A stretch of 64,000 nucleotides of DNA from Fibrobacteria bacterium. Its GTDB lineage: Bacteria > Fibrobacterota > Chitinivibrionia > Chitinivibrionales > FEN-1185. Within the stretch, counting starts at the first letter, position 1; the number at the start of each line of letters is the position of its first letter. The stretch spans positions 40,127 through 104,126 of the forward strand of contig JBBIGR010000012.1 of the NCBI GenBank assembly GCA_037447435.1, in the 5' to 3' direction. Under the pieces are notes generated by a model. That model was not told the origin of the DNA. It saw only the letters and a program-made list of their open reading frames with translations, and did not search any database. Shown piece after piece: positions 29,043 through 39,090 of this stretch. The position numbers and the translations under genes were made by a program.

Positions 29043-29062
29043 AATGTGACCGCCGTCACATT
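29043..29062. promoter_or_regulatory. CRP-family box AATGTGAC-cgcc-GTCACATT upstream of the PAAR operon
   Basis: Perfect 8-bp arms containing TGTGA-N6-TCACA (29045-29060). Minus-strand TATATT lies 22 nt downstream (29017-29022). Confidence 0.7.
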
Positions 29063-29092
29063 CTTGCTTTTTTTTTTTAAAATCGGCAAAAA

Positions 29093-29119
29093 AAAAGAGG
29101 CGCAATAAGCGCCTCTTTT
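29093..29119 (-). terminator. Intrinsic terminator
   Basis: aaaagaggcgc-aataa-gcgcctctttt with a long U-run on the minus strand. Confidence 0.8.
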
Positions 29120-29139
29120 CCTTCGGATGAAAATAAAGG

Positions 29140-30999
29140 CTAAGGAAGGACGATATTTTTCTGATAAACTGAATTTCCCGAATTTACCCGAACAACATAT
29201 GTGTTTCCATGACTAACCACGGCTTTGGGCAATATTATACGATTGGTTTGTTCCGTAAAACTTGTTTTGTATAGAAGTTTACCATTTAAACCAAACAATT
29301 TTATTTCTCCGGAATTCACCTTGTTCTTTAAAACTATTTCCCCAAAGGTTGAAACGAAAAGTCCCATTGATCCCGCCGTAACCTTTCTGACCACTATTAC
29401 CGCATTCGTTGCTTTGGTCAATTTGAAATTGGTAGTATCCGTTACTGCTGTTTTGACGGAATCCGTAACGCTTTTTGTCGTATACAGCGAATCTGAAGCT
29501 CTTACCGTATACACGCCGATCGGGATACTGTCAAGGCTGTACTTCCCGTCCACATCGGTCGTACCGGTTTTAATTACCGTTCCACCTTGCCGTACGGTTA
29601 CTGTCGCACCCTTCAACGCAGTGCCCGACGCACTATCGGTAATGGTGCCTAATACTGTACCAAACAGCGTTTTAATCAATGCAAAATCAACTGTTACCGT
29701 AGCCGTGGAGGTAACATTGGCAGTGGCAGTTTTTCCGTTATATACTTTCGAGGTCACACTTACCGAATATGAACCTACCGCAACACTGTCAAATGAATAT
29801 TTTCCGTCGGCTTTTGTCGTGTCAATTCTTACGGGTGAATTATAGTTTGCCCGAATCGTCACAATCGCGTTTGCAACAAAAGTTCCGGTTGTAACACTGT
29901 CTGAAATAGTACCAGAAACGGTACCATACACAATTTTCAACAATTTGACATTGGCAGTGTCTGTTCCGCTTGAAGCAACAGTCGTATTGACCGTCCTGCC
30001 ATTATAATAAGACGCTGAAACTCCCAATGAATAAGTCCCAACCGCAAGGCTATCGAAGGAAAATACGCCGTCGGATTTTGTAGTGTCGCGCCGTCCACTC
30101 GTCGTAACAATCGCACCAGTTATCGGCGTTCCATTCACACTGTCGGCAATTATTCCATAAATGGAACCATACGAAATCTTTACCAATGCGACATTGACAG
30201 AAACCGCAGCCCCATTAACGGTGGTTGATGCGCTGGTACGTGAGTTATATCCGGTTGCAGTGGCACGTACCGTATACGATCCCGTGGCAACGCTGTCGAA
30301 ACTGTATTTCCCATCGGCTTTCGTTGTGTCAACTTTCAATGTGCCATTTGTCGTTCGCAACGATACAACTGCGTTTGCCAATGGCGAACCAGTAGCACTG
30401 TCGCTGATAGTTCCGGAAACCGTTGCATAAGCAATCTTTGCCAACGCAATGTTCGCTTTAACCGTATCCGTTCCGCTTACGGCAACCGTCGCATTCTTTC
30501 CGACATATGATGCCGCTGACGCTGCGACGGTATAAGATCCGGACGCCATTTTTTCAAATGTATACTTTCCATCCGCCTTTGTCGTGTCGCGACGGTTTCC
30601 GCTCGTCGTTACGATCGCGCCGGTTATCGGCGTTCCGCTCGCACTGTCGGTAATGACGCCGGACACCGTTGCGGTATCGATTTTTACAATAGCGAAATTA
30701 AGGGTCATCGTCGCTTGTGCGGTGTCAATTGTTATCGTCGTGCTTTTAGTGGTATATCCGGAAACCGTGGCACGCGCGGTGAAACTACCCGGAGTCTTTG
30801 TTTCCGGCAGAGAATATGCCCCCGCTGCATCGGTCGTATCGCGAATCGTCGTTAAGCCCTGACCGCTGACCGAGATTATTACATTTGTCAATTTTGATCC
30901 GGAAACCGAATCGGTAACCGTCCCCGAAATGACCGTCGCATTTGCCGCATAACAGAAAAAAGAAAGGAATAAAATACCGCGAACCGCAAAACGAGACAT
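29140..30999 (-). CDS. Secreted protein with six carboxypeptidase-regulatory-like (Cna-B-type) repeats and T9SS-like C-terminus
   Basis: Six repeats of G.I.DS..G.....A.V ... TT..DG.Y.F.....G.Y. AGGAGG RBS before MSRF. Confidence 0.85.
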   Translation of the reverse strand: MSRFAVRGILFLSFFCYAANATVISGTVTDSVSGSKLTNVIISVSGQGLTTIRDTTDAAGAYSLPETKTPGSFTARATVSGYTTKSTTITIDTAQATMTLNFAIVKIDTATVSGVITDSASGTPITGAIVTTSGNRRDTTKADGKYTFEKMASGSYTVAASAASYVGKNATVAVSGTDTVKANIALAKIAYATVSGTISDSATGSPLANAVVSLRTTNGTLKVDTTKADGKYSFDSVATGSYTVRATATGYNSRTSASTTVNGAAVSVNVALVKISYGSIYGIIADSVNGTPITGAIVTTSGRRDTTKSDGVFSFDSLAVGTYSLGVSASYYNGRTVNTTVASSGTDTANVKLLKIVYGTVSGTISDSVTTGTFVANAIVTIRANYNSPVRIDTTKADGKYSFDSVAVGSYSVSVTSKVYNGKTATANVTSTATVTVDFALIKTLFGTVLGTITDSASGTALKGATVTVRQGGTVIKTGTTDVDGKYSLDSIPIGVYTVRASDSLYTTKSVTDSVKTAVTDTTNFKLTKATNAVIVVRKVTAGSMGLFVSTFGEIVLKNKVNSGEIKLFGLNGKLLYKTSFTEQTNRIILPKAVVSHGNTYVVRVNSGNSVYQKNIVLP

Positions 31000-31268
31000 G
31001 CAAACCTCCTTGGGGGGGAAAGTCAATTAGGATACAATGGTGATGGAATAGTTGAATAAGATAAGGAGGAATTCAATTTTTAGCAGAAAGAACTACTTTG
31101 CAAGCAAAATTAGTGTAGAACATTTTCTTATTTTGTACTACACGAAAATTAGATTTACCCAACTCGCAACTTTTGCAATCTCTTTTTAAAAATCGTTTTC
31201 ATAGGGAAAAAGCTATTTACTATATCAAATCGAGTACGTTGTTTGCGAAATCTTAAAATACCCAAAAA

Positions 31269-32042
31269 TCAGCCCACTATTTTCTTGCTCTCTTCCCAGT
31301 ATTTGTCCATTTCTTCCAGAGAAGCGTTGTGAATGTCCTGGCCCAATTCCGTATATTTATCTTCAATATAGCGGAATCTCCGGGCGAATTTATTGACCGT
31401 TACCCGCAAAGCGTCCTCGGCGGAAATATGATTATGCCTACCGACATTGACCAATGCAAACAATATGTCGCCGAGTTCTTCTTCGGCGTTTTTATGGTCG
31501 CCTTGTAGAATGGCCTCTCTGAATTCCGCGAATTCCTCTTCCACTTTGTCCAAAACCGGCGTCATATCTTTCCAATCGAACCCGACCTTGGCAACCCTGC
31601 GTTGAATTTTTTCCGCTTTAAAAAGTGCGGGCAAAGCGTCGGGAATATCGTCGACAAGATATTTACGATCTTCTTTTTCGGTTTTCTTGATTCGTTCCCA
31701 ATTATGAAGCACTTCCCGGGACGAATCGACCTTGACTTCTCCGAAAACGTGCGGGTGCCTGCGGACAAGTTTGTCGGCTATGTCTTTTGCGACATCCTCG
31801 AGGTTGAACCGGTTTTCATCCTTTGCTATTTGCGAATGCAACACGATTTGCAGTAACAAATCGCCCAATTCCTCCTGCATTTTATGATTGTTATTCTCGT
31901 CGACAGCCTCAAAAAATTCATACGCTTCGTCGAGCATGCAGGACAGTATGCTTTTATTGGTTTGTTCCTTGTCCCAGGGGCAGCCGTCGGGCGCGCGCAA
32001 CCGTGCAACGATTTCAACGAAGCGATCGAGTTCTTTTCCCAT
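31269..32042 (-). CDS. mazG: Nucleoside triphosphate pyrophosphohydrolase
   Basis: LRAPDGCPWD.EQT, EELGDLLLQ, RRHPHVF and EELGDILF motifs. Confidence 0.95.
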   Translation of the reverse strand: MGKELDRFVEIVARLRAPDGCPWDKEQTNKSILSCMLDEAYEFFEAVDENNNHKMQEELGDLLLQIVLHSQIAKDENRFNLEDVAKDIADKLVRRHPHVFGEVKVDSSREVLHNWERIKKTEKEDRKYLVDDIPDALPALFKAEKIQRRVAKVGFDWKDMTPVLDKVEEEFAEFREAILQGDHKNAEEELGDILFALVNVGRHNHISAEDALRVTVNKFARRFRYIEDKYTELGQDIHNASLEEMDKYWEESKKIVG

Positions 32043-32105
32043 TTGTATTCATTTCACTTTGCTATTTAATTTTGTAGAGATGCAATGCAATTCGCATTAA
32101 CTTTA

Positions 32106-32717
32106 TTAGTCCCACGTTCCTTTTCCTTCACGAATAAGCTCGGGCTCTTTCCCCGTTAAATCGACAATAGTGGACCCTTGCGGATTGTTCAGCGGCCCGA
32201 TATCGAGCATGATGTCAACATCGTGCAGTATGACCGAAGAAAAATTTTCCGGATCACCGCGCAAATCGCCGGCCACGTTTATCGACGCGTTTGCCAAAGG
32301 TTCGCCCAAAAGCTTTACAAGCTCCAAACATACCGCGTTATCCGGAATACGAACACCAACAGTGCGCCTCTTCGGATTTATTTTTTTAGGGACGTAATTT
32401 GTGGCCGGTAAAATAAAAGTGTACGGACCCGGCAAATACCGCTTCATAAGTTTAAAATGCGCATTGTCGATTCGGACGTATTGGCTCATTTGAGAAAAAT
32501 CGGAAAAAACGAAGGAAAACAAACGGTTTTTATCTTTTTCGATAATGGTACAAATCCTATCGAGCGCCTTGGGGTTCGTCGCACATGCCCCCATTCCGTA
32601 AACCGTATCGGTCGGATAAACGCAAATTCCGTTTTGCCGTTTTAAAACATCGACGGCCTTATCGAGAATCCTCACCTGGGGATTGACGGGATGGACAGGA
32701 TAATGTAGCATCGGCAT
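32106..32717 (-). CDS. Sua5/YciO/YrdC family (threonylcarbamoyl-AMP synthase-like)
   Basis: YPTDTVYG, LPGPYTFIL, VGVRIP, STIVD and REGKG motifs. Confidence 0.9.
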   Translation of the reverse strand: MPMLHYPVHPVNPQVRILDKAVDVLKRQNGICVYPTDTVYGMGACATNPKALDRICTIIEKDKNRLFSFVFSDFSQMSQYVRIDNAHFKLMKRYLPGPYTFILPATNYVPKKINPKRRTVGVRIPDNAVCLELVKLLGEPLANASINVAGDLRGDPENFSSVILHDVDIMLDIGPLNNPQGSTIVDLTGKEPELIREGKGTWD

Positions 32718-32722
32718 GATGT

Positions 32723-33811
32723 TTATCCTAATACTTTGGTCATGGCCGTACAAACGGCCTCTTTAGGAATGTCCCGCGACAACATCGACGTTCCCGGAAC
32801 ATTCGGTACGATAAAATTCAATTTTCCGCCGATTGTTTTTTTATCGGTAAACATTCCGGTGTACAATGTTTCCGCGTCGGGTCGCGATACCGATTGCGGA
32901 AATTCCATTGGCGGACAATTTTTAAGAATATCATCATATTCCTTATGACATTCTTCAGGTATCGTGTTCAGTTGCATTCCAAGAATGCATGCGCATTTGA
33001 TCCCAAAAATGACCGCTTCACCGTGAAGAATATGATCGTAGCGGTAGTATCGTTCCAATGTGTGGGCGAACGTATGACCGAAATTGAGCGTTGCACGCAA
33101 GCCGCTTTCCTCGCGTTCGTCGGCTTCAACTACCCTGGCCTTTATTTCAACCGAGCGTCGTATGCCTTCGAGAAGGACATCCTTTTTCCCAGACAGCATC
33201 GCTTCGCCGGATTTATTTACAAAATCGAACATTTCCCTGCCGCCGATAAAAGCATATTTGAAAAGTTCGCCGTATCCGGCAATAAATTCCCGTCGCGGAA
33301 GCGTATCGAGAAATTTCGTGTCCAAATAGACGAACGACGGTTGATGGAACGCACCGACGAGATTTTTTCCCAATGCATGGTTGATGCCCGTTTTCCCGCC
33401 CACGCTTGAATCGACCATTGCAAGCAATGTCGTGGGGATCTGGACAAAAGAAATACCTCGCAACACTGCAGAGGCTGCAAAACCGACGATGTCGCCGACG
33501 ACGCCGCCGCCCAAGGCGCACACGACCGATTTTCTGTCCATGCCATTGCAAATGAGGAAATCGACAACGGTTTCCCAAGTGCCCATCGTTTTGAATTGTT
33601 CGCCGTCTTCGATGACGCATTGGAAGAAGCCCAATTCCTTTTGCCAGGCGGCAATCGTACCCTTGTATAAATCGGCGATGGTCGTATTTGTCACTAATGC
33701 CATCTTGGCATTGCCGAACCGTTGTTTCACTATTTCCGGAAACGACGACAAGGCATCATGAACAAGATAAATGGGATACGAACGTTCGGCTAAATTGACT
33801 TTTATTTCCAT
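32723..33811 (-). CDS. aroB: 3-dehydroquinate synthase
   Basis: GGGVVGD, PTTLLAMVDSSVGGKTG and LNFGHT motifs. Confidence 0.96.
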   Translation of the reverse strand: MEIKVNLAERSYPIYLVHDALSSFPEIVKQRFGNAKMALVTNTTIADLYKGTIAAWQKELGFFQCVIEDGEQFKTMGTWETVVDFLICNGMDRKSVVCALGGGVVGDIVGFAASAVLRGISFVQIPTTLLAMVDSSVGGKTGINHALGKNLVGAFHQPSFVYLDTKFLDTLPRREFIAGYGELFKYAFIGGREMFDFVNKSGEAMLSGKKDVLLEGIRRSVEIKARVVEADEREESGLRATLNFGHTFAHTLERYYRYDHILHGEAVIFGIKCACILGMQLNTIPEECHKEYDDILKNCPPMEFPQSVSRPDAETLYTGMFTDKKTIGGKLNFIVPNVPGTSMLSRDIPKEAVCTAMTKVLG

Positions 33812-33850
33812 AATTGAAACGGATTCTCTCGGTTCGAAATGTTTTTTATT

Positions 33851-35128
33851 TTAATCGACGACTTCGATATTCGCTCCGCATTTTTTAAAATCTTCCATGA
33901 ATGTCGGGTAGGTAACCGCGGCAGCTTCCGCGGTATCTATTATTGTTTCCCCTTCCGCAACCATTCCGGCCAACGCAAGAGCCATGACCACCCGATGATC
34001 ACCATGACCGTTGACCGGAGCACCAACGAGCGCGCTTTTACTAATAATAAGCCCGTCTGGCTGTTCGACAACTTTTGCTCCTAATTTGGACAATTCCTCG
34101 GTCATGACCGAAATGCGATCTGTTTCCTTGATCCTTGCCTGGGCCACATTGACAATATGCGTTTCACCGTCAGCGACGCATGCCAAAACTGACAGCGCCG
34201 GCAAACTGTCGGGCATGGCGTTCAAATCCATAACTTGCCCGTCGATTCTGCCCGTTCCGTTGACAATTGTTTCGGGCGAACCTTTTTGAACTGAGGCACC
34301 CATTGCGGTAACGATATCGAAAACGCCTTTATCTCCCTGGGAATCGCTAAAATCAAGACCTTGCAGCGCAAGGGTCGATCCGGTGAGCGGCGCCGCGACT
34401 GCGGCAAAGGTTGCCGATGAAAAATCGCCCGGAACCGTATAATCGATCGCTTTATAAGTTTGATTGCCGAATACGATAAACCGCGTCATGTCGTCGGATT
34501 TTTTGTACCGGATGCCAAGCATATCGAGCCAACGCAAGGTCATTTCTACATATGGTCTTTCCTGTAAATGAACAACTTCGATTTCGGTATCTTTTGGCGC
34601 GCATGGGCAAGCGAACAACAAACTGGACAAAAACTGGGACGACACACCCTCGACGGTAGTCCTGCCCCCGGAAATCGGACCCGCAATAATAAACGGCAAA
34701 TCGCTTTTGGGGTTTTCGAAAGAATATCCGGCGCCGAGATTTTTTAGTGCGACAAGCAAGGGCTTAAACGGCCTGGTGCGCAACGATGCATCTCCGTCGA
34801 AATGACGGGGGCGTGAACCTAATGCCGCAACGGAGGTGAACAGGTTCGTGCTTGTGCCGGAATTCTCCATGGGAAAATGGTCTGACCCGGCGTTATAATT
34901 TCCTGCGATACCCCGGACTGTCACTTTATTGCCAATTATTTCAACACCGGCGCCCATACTTTTAGCTCCGGCAATAGCCGAGGCCCCATCACCCGTTGTG
35001 AGCACGTTATGCAATTGGGAGGTCCCTTGCGCTAGGGTTGCTGCCAATAGCGCCCGTATGGTATGCGATTTTGACGGAGGAATCGGAATGCTTCCCGAAA
35101 GTTTTGATGCACGAATCTTCCACTTCAT
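33851..35128 (-). CDS. aroA: EPSP synthase
   Basis: PPSKSHTIR, NSGT, SSQF, KETDRI and DHR motifs. Confidence 0.96.
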   Translation of the reverse strand: MKWKIRASKLSGSIPIPPSKSHTIRALLAATLAQGTSQLHNVLTTGDGASAIAGAKSMGAGVEIIGNKVTVRGIAGNYNAGSDHFPMENSGTSTNLFTSVAALGSRPRHFDGDASLRTRPFKPLLVALKNLGAGYSFENPKSDLPFIIAGPISGGRTTVEGVSSQFLSSLLFACPCAPKDTEIEVVHLQERPYVEMTLRWLDMLGIRYKKSDDMTRFIVFGNQTYKAIDYTVPGDFSSATFAAVAAPLTGSTLALQGLDFSDSQGDKGVFDIVTAMGASVQKGSPETIVNGTGRIDGQVMDLNAMPDSLPALSVLACVADGETHIVNVAQARIKETDRISVMTEELSKLGAKVVEQPDGLIISKSALVGAPVNGHGDHRVVMALALAGMVAEGETIIDTAEAAAVTYPTFMEDFKKCGANIEVVD

Positions 35129-35129
35129 T

Positions 35130-36026
35130 CTAAGGATTCTCCTTATTCGAATTTATAGTGACAGCCGATTCGATTTCTTTAAAATCTATAATTTCGTTTG
35201 GAATCGCCGCGCCACTCCAGTACCCAATGGATGCGAGCGCCTGACCGATAAGCATTCGTAAACCGTTTTGATATGCGCAACCTGCGGCCTTTGCCATTTT
35301 AAGGAGCTTGGTTTCTTTGGGATTGTAAATAGTATCGAAAACGGTTAAATTTTTATGTAACACTTCAGATTGCAACGGAGCGTCATCAGTATGGGGATGC
35401 ATGCCGACCGAAGTGCAATTGACGCAGAGGGAACAGCGTGTAAGAGTTGCTTTGAGCGATGCGGAGTAAAGTTCCCCGGCATTGACCGGGAATCCCGTTT
35501 TTAGGGACACTTCTTGAGCCAGCGCCGTCACCTTGTGCGGATCACGGCCGATAAGGGTCAATGATTTAGGCAGTTTTTGCGCAGCAAGCGCGAAGGCGAA
35601 CGTCCGCGCGGTACCGCCGTTACCGAGAATTGCGATGTCGCTTCCTTCCAGCTCAAAACGCATCCATGCCATTGCTTGTACAAACCCTTCGAAATCGGTA
35701 GTTGTCGCATGCAACAGACCGTTTTTCATGTAAATGGTATTTACCGTTCCGGTCAATAAAGAAAGATCCGAAACAATGTCGCAATACGGAAGCACCGATT
35801 GCTTATGCGGAATCGTCACGTTCGCGCCGGCAAAATTGTTCAAGGCACGCAAGCCGTACAATGCGTGATGCAATTCTTGCGGCAAAACGGAACAGGGCAC
35901 ATATACAAACGGTAATTTCAGCGCGGCATAGACATGATTGTGAATGAGCGGCGACAACGAATGGCCGAGCGGGCTTCCCAGAATCGCCACGATTTGGGTC
36001 GTACCGTCGACTCGCTGAAGCATCAT
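35130..36026 (-). CDS. aroE: Shikimate dehydrogenase
   Basis: G.P..HSLSP, NVTIPHK, G.GG.A, NCT.VGM, YNP..T and NGL.ML motifs. Confidence 0.93.
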   Translation of the reverse strand: MMLQRVDGTTQIVAILGSPLGHSLSPLIHNHVYAALKLPFVYVPCSVLPQELHHALYGLRALNNFAGANVTIPHKQSVLPYCDIVSDLSLLTGTVNTIYMKNGLLHATTTDFEGFVQAMAWMRFELEGSDIAILGNGGTARTFAFALAAQKLPKSLTLIGRDPHKVTALAQEVSLKTGFPVNAGELYSASLKATLTRCSLCVNCTSVGMHPHTDDAPLQSEVLHKNLTVFDTIYNPKETKLLKMAKAAGCAYQNGLRMLIGQALASIGYWSGAAIPNEIIDFKEIESAVTINSNKENP

Positions 36027-36955
36027 ATGATTTGGCCCGACGAATTGACAAACGCCTTCACCTGATTTCTCCCGGCGTTTTTAGCCTGGTACAAAGCGGT
36101 ATCGGCTTCCTGAGTCATCGCGATGGTCGAAACGATTTCCGGTCTGTAGGCCGTTATGCCGAGCGACGCAGTCAGGCGCTTGCTCGGGAGTTGCTGTTCA
36201 TTGACAAATCGATAGTCGAATATCGCGCTACGGATGTTTTCGGCGGTTTTAAGCGCCAAATTAAGCGGTTGCGAGGGCAACAAAATCGAAAATTCTTCTC
36301 CGCCATACCGGGCGACCGTGTCGTCCGGACTGCAAACCGCATGCAATATCCTGACCGTTTCGATGAGTGCCAAATCGCCTTGAATGTGTCCGTTGACATC
36401 ATTGTAAATTTTGAAATGGTCCAAATCGAGCATAATGAAGGAAAACACCTCGCCGCTCGATTGTGCGGCGTTAAAGAGCCGTTTGAATTCCTCTTCGAAG
36501 AAATGCCTGTTATATGCTTTTGTCAATTCGTCGGTAAGGGCGCGGCTCGCCGTGTCCACATACTCGTGGGCGTCCACGATTTTAGGATTTATGATTTTGC
36601 GTTTGATATTGGTATAATAGTCGAGCGTGGCGACGTGAATGCCGACGTTTCGGCCGAGCTTTTCGCTTACGAGAAATTTATGCTTGAGTATTTCACGCCA
36701 ATCGCGCTTTGCCTCTTCCTCGGGCAACCGTATTTGGATGAGGGCAAAAATAATGTCCCGATAGTAGGTGCCGGGTTTCTTTCCTAAAACTTCGAGAGCA
36801 TTCTCATTTGTTTTTATATGCGACTCAACATCGCCGCTGGCTTTCTCTATCCACCGGGAAGCCGTGAGTTTTTTTAAATTATCAAGATCCTCTATGTTCA
36901 TGGCATTGCTGATATCGTCGGATTCCTGGGCGTATTCCTCTGCAATGTCGCTCAT
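36023..36955 (-). CDS. GGDEF (GGEEF) diguanylate cyclase
   Basis: TDELT..YNR, DLDHFK.YND..GH..GD, RYGGEEF and AK..GRN motifs. AAAGGAG RBS before MSDI. Confidence 0.92.
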   Translation of the reverse strand: MSDIAEEYAQESDDISNAMNIEDLDNLKKLTASRWIEKASGDVESHIKTNENALEVLGKKPGTYYRDIIFALIQIRLPEEEAKRDWREILKHKFLVSEKLGRNVGIHVATLDYYTNIKRKIINPKIVDAHEYVDTASRALTDELTKAYNRHFFEEEFKRLFNAAQSSGEVFSFIMLDLDHFKIYNDVNGHIQGDLALIETVRILHAVCSPDDTVARYGGEEFSILLPSQPLNLALKTAENIRSAIFDYRFVNEQQLPSKRLTASLGITAYRPEIVSTIAMTQEADTALYQAKNAGRNQVKAFVNSSGQII

Positions 36956-37093
36956 GATATCTCCTTTGAAAAGCGGTTGCGCCATTGTTTCTGACGCATC
37001 ACAATCATTGTAAAAATAATACCAAACCATACACCGTATCACGCTACAATTTTATCCTTGATTTTTTTAAAAGCATGTTTTATAATTACTGTA

Positions 37094-37684
37094 ATGAATG
37101 AAGCATTACTTAAATCGTTACTCCCGAAGATCGGCACGATTTTACGAGTTTTTCGGGAGAAAATCAATAAAAACCAAGGCGAGGTCGCTAAGGTGGCCGG
37201 AATTTCCACGAGCATGCTTTCGCAAATCGAAAGAGGAGCGGTTTCACCGTCGATCGACACGCTCGTTGCGGTTTGCATGGCGCTCGACCTTGATGTTGCC
37301 GACCTTTTCAGGCGAATATCACCTGAAGCCCCGCTTAAAATCTATAGAAGAGGAAAGCGGCTTTTCACATCGAGCAAAGGGGTGCGGTTCGAACAATTAT
37401 GCCAAAGTTCCGACGCATCGCATCCTGCGGAAATGCTCTTATTGGAAATAGGACCCGCAAAGCAGGCCGGCGTATTTGGAAACGGCCACGAGGGAGTGGA
37501 AATGGGGTATGTGCTTGAAGGAAACGCTACGCTTGTCGTTGACGGCACGTCGTATGAGCTTACCGAGGGAGATAGCGTTGCCTATAACTCGCATTTGCCC
37601 CATAAACTAATAAACAACGGAAATAAAAATTTTAAAGCGGTTTGGAACACCTTGCCGCCGAACAAGGATTTTTTGGAAGGATGA
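37094..37684 (+). CDS. XRE-family HTH regulator with cupin domain
   Basis: SMLSQIERG...PSI HTH; HEG.E..YVLEG and GDS....S..PH cupin motifs. Confidence 0.9.
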   Translation: MNEALLKSLLPKIGTILRVFREKINKNQGEVAKVAGISTSMLSQIERGAVSPSIDTLVAVCMALDLDVADLFRRISPEAPLKIYRRGKRLFTSSKGVRFEQLCQSSDASHPAEMLLLEIGPAKQAGVFGNGHEGVEMGYVLEGNATLVVDGTSYELTEGDSVAYNSHLPHKLINNGNKNFKAVWNTLPPNKDFLEG

Positions 37685-37742
37685 AATCGGATTAAAGAAC
37701 GAATTTAACATTTAAGAAAAAAGTTTGGAAAGGAACTTGAAA

Positions 37743-39029
37743 ATGGGAAAAACCATTACGGAAAAAATCTTTGATGCGCATGTCAAAGACGAACCGTTTG
37801 CCGGCACGAAAGTACTCGGCATCGATGTTGTCATGTGCCATGAAATTACGACGCCGATCGCTATTGCCGATCTGGTCAGCAGGGGTAAAGACCGGGTATT
37901 TGACCCGACAAAAATAAAAGCAGTAATAGACCATGTGACTCCGCCGAAAGACAGTAAAAGCGCAACCCAGGCGAAAATGCTGCGCGAATGGGCGGAACGC
38001 AACAATATCCGGGATTTCTTTGACATCGGATCAAACGGTGTTTGCCATGCCTTGTTTCCTGAAAAAGGGTTTATTCGACCCGGATACACGGTCATCATGG
38101 GCGACAGCCACACGTGCACGCACGGTGCGTTCGGCGCATTCGCCGCAGGCGTTGGTACAACCGATTTGGAAGTCGGCATTCTGAAGGGTGTCTGTGCTTT
38201 CCGGTTGCCCAAAACTATTCGCATAGACGTTGTCGGATCAATGCCAAAAGGCGTATATGCAAAAGACGTCATACTTGAAATCATCAGAACCCTGACGGTA
38301 AACGGAGCAACCGACCGCGTTGTCGAATTCCATGGTCCGGTGATTTCGTCAATGGACATGGATCAGCGTATGACCATTTGCAATATGGCAATCGAAGCAG
38401 GCGGAACCAGCGGCGTTTGCATGCCCGACAGTCAAACTGCTGAATATCTGTGGACGTTTATAAAAGAGGACTATAAAAACGATAAAGCCGCCGCGGTGAA
38501 GGATTTCTTAAAATGGCACTCCGATCCAGACGCCGTTTATGAGAAAAAGATCATTGTCGATGTGAGCAAATTGGAACCTGTAACGACCGTCAATTACAAA
38601 CCCGATCAGGTCAAAAAGCTTTCGGAAGTATCTGATGTAAAAATCAATCAGGTTTATATCGGTTCTTGCACCAACGGCCGGCTTTCGGATCTGCGCATTG
38701 CGGCATCAATTATCAAGGGCACAAAGCTTGCCCACGGCGTTCGCGGAATCGTTAGCCCCGCGACACCGCAAATATTTGAACAGGCAATGCAAGAAGGGCT
38801 TATTAAAATTTTCATGGACGCAGGGTATTGCGTTACGAACCCGACCTGCGGCGCATGCCTGGGCATGAGCAACGGCGTTTTAGCCGAAGGTGAGGTTTGT
38901 GCATCGACGACCAACAGAAACTTTTACGGGCGCATGGGAAAAGGCGGCATGGTGCATTTAATGAGCCCCGCAAGTGCCGCTGCCAGCGGAATAACCGGTA
39001 AACTGACGGATCCTAGAAAATATTTATAA
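37743..39029 (+). CDS. leuC: 3-isopropylmalate dehydratase large subunit
   Basis: GDSHTCT.GA, IGSCTNGR, CGACLG and STTNRNF.GRMG motifs. Confidence 0.93.
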   Translation: MGKTITEKIFDAHVKDEPFAGTKVLGIDVVMCHEITTPIAIADLVSRGKDRVFDPTKIKAVIDHVTPPKDSKSATQAKMLREWAERNNIRDFFDIGSNGVCHALFPEKGFIRPGYTVIMGDSHTCTHGAFGAFAAGVGTTDLEVGILKGVCAFRLPKTIRIDVVGSMPKGVYAKDVILEIIRTLTVNGATDRVVEFHGPVISSMDMDQRMTICNMAIEAGGTSGVCMPDSQTAEYLWTFIKEDYKNDKAAAVKDFLKWHSDPDAVYEKKIIVDVSKLEPVTTVNYKPDQVKKLSEVSDVKINQVYIGSCTNGRLSDLRIAASIIKGTKLAHGVRGIVSPATPQIFEQAMQEGLIKIFMDAGYCVTNPTCGACLGMSNGVLAEGEVCASTTNRNFYGRMGKGGMVHLMSPASAAASGITGKLTDPRKYL

Positions 39030-39090
39030 TCGGGCTGTAGGACGCGGTAACCGCCCCCTACTTCAATGACAATCATTTAATGGAGGATAT

